This document shows, piece after piece, positions 61,041 to 64,000 of a DNA stretch of 64,000 nt. The position numbers and the translations under genes were made by a program. The stretch is from Candidatus Poribacteria bacterium (GTDB taxonomy: Bacteria; Poribacteria; WGA-4E; WGA-3G): NCBI GenBank assembly GCA_963663765.2, contig CAXXUA010000013.1, positions 96,001-160,000 on the forward strand, written 5' to 3'. The notes beneath the pieces are model-generated. The model had not been told where the DNA came from, ran no database searches, and worked only from the letters and a program-made list of their open reading frames with translations. Every line of letters begins with the position of its first letter. Within the stretch, counting starts at the first letter, position 1.

Positions 61041-62498
61041 GGGTGTGTAAAGTTTTTGGCATGGACATCATGCTGCTTTTGTGTTTGGATACCAATATCT
61101 GTCCCAAGCCTTATTCTTTGACAAACATCTCCACTTTAGCACAGCATTGATGCCCGGTTGCTCCCATCTCATAGCTGCTTGTTTACACCTTTCTCCGACA
61201 ACATGTTTACATGCACTTTCAATCACACCACTTCCAATCATATACCCTTTTTCTCTAAACGCTTTATACTGCATGCGGTTTGCATGTTTTTCAAAATATC
61301 TTGCTTCTCTTTCTAAACTCTCTGACACCTCTGCGTGCTGTGTGGCTAAGGCACGAATGCTTGAGGCAACTTCTGCGATGTTCCCATCATGCAGAAAACA
61401 TTCTGTTTCTTTTATCCACGCTTCAAACAGCTCCGTTTCTGTCTCTTCAAACACAAGTTTCGCAACATCATACAGATGAGACACGGCGTGTGGATAATCC
61501 ACAATCTGAACAGCATTCGGAAAGTATTCTTTACAAAGGTTCCAAATCCACGCAGCACCATCTCCGATAAATACAATCTCTTGTGTATTTATATCTTTTT
61601 GATAGATGCCACTTTGTAGTGCTAACGCATACAACTTTTTACCAAATGCGGCGGCATTTTGACGACCCGCAACATACCGAATACTTTCTGTTCTCACACT
61701 CGGGGTCCCACCCGAAACAGGTTGTGGATAATCTCTGTAAATACACCCACTTTCACCTCTTTCCACCCATCCGGAGAGTTCGTGTGGCACCCATCGCAAC
61801 TCACATACCAACGCTGATTTTCCGCAAGTTCTTGAGCCTCTACTTGTTCACATACATCCAAATCTTCTGCCAACTTACACACACTTTGATGAAGTGTCGT
61901 GTGACTCACTTCTATCCCTTGATGAGACAACTCCTCTGATGCTTCCCTATAGTCAAGCCGCGCAGACAAACGACACATCGCTTCAACGACACGATGCGTG
62001 TATTGATCCGATAACTTCTGTTTGACTTCCCACGGGGCATGCCTATGTCCGTGTTCACAACAATACACCCAACGCCTTGGACTTATTTTGCCACAAAGAG
62101 TTGTTAGATGTTTCGCACGCTTGCGTAATGGACGACAAGGTGCTTGACACTCTGGACATTCAACAGGTTCACTCTCTTTCTTACCTGCCTTTTTAGACAC
62201 ACACACTTCTAAAAACTTTTGTTCAAGAGAACGAAATTCTTCGGAAACACGAACTTCAACATCATCTAAAGATAAACTCTCGTCAGCATCAATGTCTCCA
62301 TAGAGATCGGTTACTTCTTTGACAATCTTTCTAAAATCATCTTCCCAATCATTGCTTTCATGAACACTTAATGATATACTTGACATTGGTATCCTCTCCT
62401 AAAATTGAAATTTATTTATTAGGTTAGGATACCATGTGTATACATTCTGAGCAAGAACTCCATTCAAGGCATTTTCATGCCAAAAACTTTACACACCC
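61041..62498 (-). mobile_element. ISKra4/ISLre2-like IS (copy 2), 1458 bp; transposase 62386-61068 with a -1 frameshift
   Basis: Same TIRs as copy 1; one G missing at ~61747 relative to copy 1; no TSD in the flanks. Confidence 0.92.
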
Positions 62499-62535
62499 TT
62501 TGGTTTGGGTATTTTGCTACACACATTTTACAAAT

Positions 62536-62564
62536 TTGACTATATCCAACCTGTGTGGTATATT
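62536..62564 (+). promoter_or_regulatory. Sigma70-like promoter
   Basis: TTGACT-17-TATATT upstream of ATG 62599. Confidence 0.6.
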
Positions 62565-62598
62565 AAACCTAACAGATACCAAAAAAGAGAGTGAACAA

Positions 62599-64000
62599 AT
62601 GTATACACCCCAATATCCTGGTCCCAACGAAGACCTACTTGAAGCACAAGCAAGAGTATGCACCGGTCCACATCAAACCCGTCCATTAGGCAAGAAAGTC
62701 AACGATGGACCGCAACCTGATGCCGTCCTTGAAACTATTCTAAAATCACTGGATGGAAAGTTAGATGAAAAAGAGATGGTTTCAGAAGCACAGATGGGAG
62801 CATTTTTCGTAGCAATGACGTTACGCAAATACTTCCCAGAAGCAACGCAATGGTCACAAGCCGAGAAAACAGCATTTCAGAAATATCTACCTGCATTATT
62901 ACTGCGTCTACCTAAAGAGATTCAATTCCTTTTGAAACCGGAACTCGGTTATGTTCCGTCAAATCCAACTGAGAATATTGTTGTCAAAGCACTGGAAACG
63001 ATTATATTAGCAAAACATTTGAGCTATGCGGAAACTCGGCAGATGTGTGAAGCTATCCTCACTGATGATGTTAAACCTGCACTCAAAGCTGCAGCACTCA
63101 TCGGTCAACGTATGAACCGAGAAACTTACGAGGAGGTGCGCGGCTATCTTGATGCATATTTCGGTCCTGAACAGGTCAAACCAATTGATGTGAACAGTCT
63201 AACACATTTCGGTCAACCTTACGATGGTGCAACACGCTATTTTCGTCCAACACTTTTTGTCGCAGCAGTGCGAGCAGCTTTGGGAGAACCCTCACTCCTT
63301 CATAGCGTAGATATGATGCCACCGAAGAACGGCGTGACCGAAGAGAATCTCCTACATGCACTCGGTGCAAAAACAGACCTCTCTCTTGAACAGACTGCAT
63401 CCCTCATTACAAACAACTCTGTAGGGTTTGGATATATCAGTCAACGGGAGTATTCACCAGGTGCTTATGGAATTCGCGAATTGCGGGTACATATCAAGAA
63501 ACGTCCCCCATGGGCTGCAACAGAAAAGGCACAACAATTCTTTTCTGCACGCCGCATGAACTACATAGTAATCGGATATTATCATATCGGTTATGAAAAA
63601 CCATTACTTCAAATGGCATTAGAACGTGGGTTTCAGGGAGCGGTCGCAATAAAAGGTGAAGAAGGCACAAGCCATTACGCACTCCGTCTTGGTAAACCCT
63701 CTACCTCGGATAGAATGGCGGTGAACTATTCGCAAGGATTCCGATGTATTAAAGGAAAACGTGAAGACTTTGCTTTGGATATTGATCCAAAAACTTATGG
63801 GATTGAATATAAACTCAACCCACGTCCAGAAACTGTCAGCACAGATGACTTCGCACAAGCAGGTATGAGTGCGTTGGCAGGAGAGAAGGGACATATTTAT
63901 GATAGGATACTGCTCAATACAGCGATGATTGATTATCTGTTAGGAATATGTCCAGACCCGCATTACGCAATAAAGCGCACAAAATCCGTTATGGATGATG
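62599..64000 (+). CDS. Anthranilate-phosphoribosyltransferase-like (TrpD2/YbiB-related) protein, 3' end outside window
   Basis: Hand translation MYTPQYPGPNEDLLEAQARVCTGPHQTRPL…QPYDG…PPKNGVTE…KKRPPWAATEK…GYYH…KGEEG. Missing from the ORF track because it has no stop in the window. Confidence 0.75.
   Translation, partial: MYTPQYPGPNEDLLEAQARVCTGPHQTRPLGKKVNDGPQPDAVLETILKSLDGKLDEKEMVSEAQMGAFFVAMTLRKYFPEATQWSQAEKTAFQKYLPALLLRLPKEIQFLLKPELGYVPSNPTENIVVKALETIILAKHLSYAETRQMCEAILTDDVKPALKAAALIGQRMNRETYEEVRGYLDAYFGPEQVKPIDVNSLTHFGQPYDGATRYFRPTLFVAAVRAALGEPSLLHSVDMMPPKNGVTEENLLHALGAKTDLSLEQTASLITNNSVGFGYISQREYSPGAYGIRELRVHIKKRPPWAATEKAQQFFSARRMNYIVIGYYHIGYEKPLLQMALERGFQGAVAIKGEEGTSHYALRLGKPSTSDRMAVNYSQGFRCIKGKREDFALDIDPKTYGIEYKLNPRPETVSTDDFAQAGMSALAGEKGHIYDRILLNTAMIDYLLGICPDPHYAIKRTKSVMDD

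Overview
Bacterial chromosomal window, probably Candidatus Poribacteria. That assignment is an inference from the many secreted proteins ending in dockerin-like repeats plus 'LPNYPNPFNPETWIPY', or in 'V(E/D)PxxKxTTTWGHIK'. In order along the window: (1) a defence island of about 12.7 kb anchored at the mdh 3' end, with type I R-M carrying an HsdM-HsdS fusion, an HNH-like nuclease, a DUF2779-like nuclease, Kiwa, a PIN toxin pair and nested IS elements; (2) a TCA cluster (divergent frameshifted citrate-synthase-family gene, icd, a small membrane ORF, mdh); (3) secreted proteins, a MauG-like peroxidase, FGE-fold lipoproteins, an ABC ATPase and a phosphoesterase; (4) six sulfatases, five with Tat signal + dockerin + FlgD-like tail; (5) a co-oriented sulfated-polysaccharide locus (4 sulfotransferases, GH, Wzy-like, MurJ-like, epimerase, GT4); (6) Hen1-Pnkp RNA repair genes separated by a decayed TnpB element; (7) a second ISKra4-like IS and a TrpD-like ORF running off the end. 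The most unusual feature is a ~2.0-kb element present twice in the sulfatase array. It has 13-bp terminal inverted repeats, 6-bp near-duplicated flanks, two DUF1670-like paralogues, no recognisable DDE/HUH/serine transposase, and a conserved promoter plus structured non-coding 3' region. It is a candidate undescribed mobile element family. All calls are from manual reading; no searches were run.
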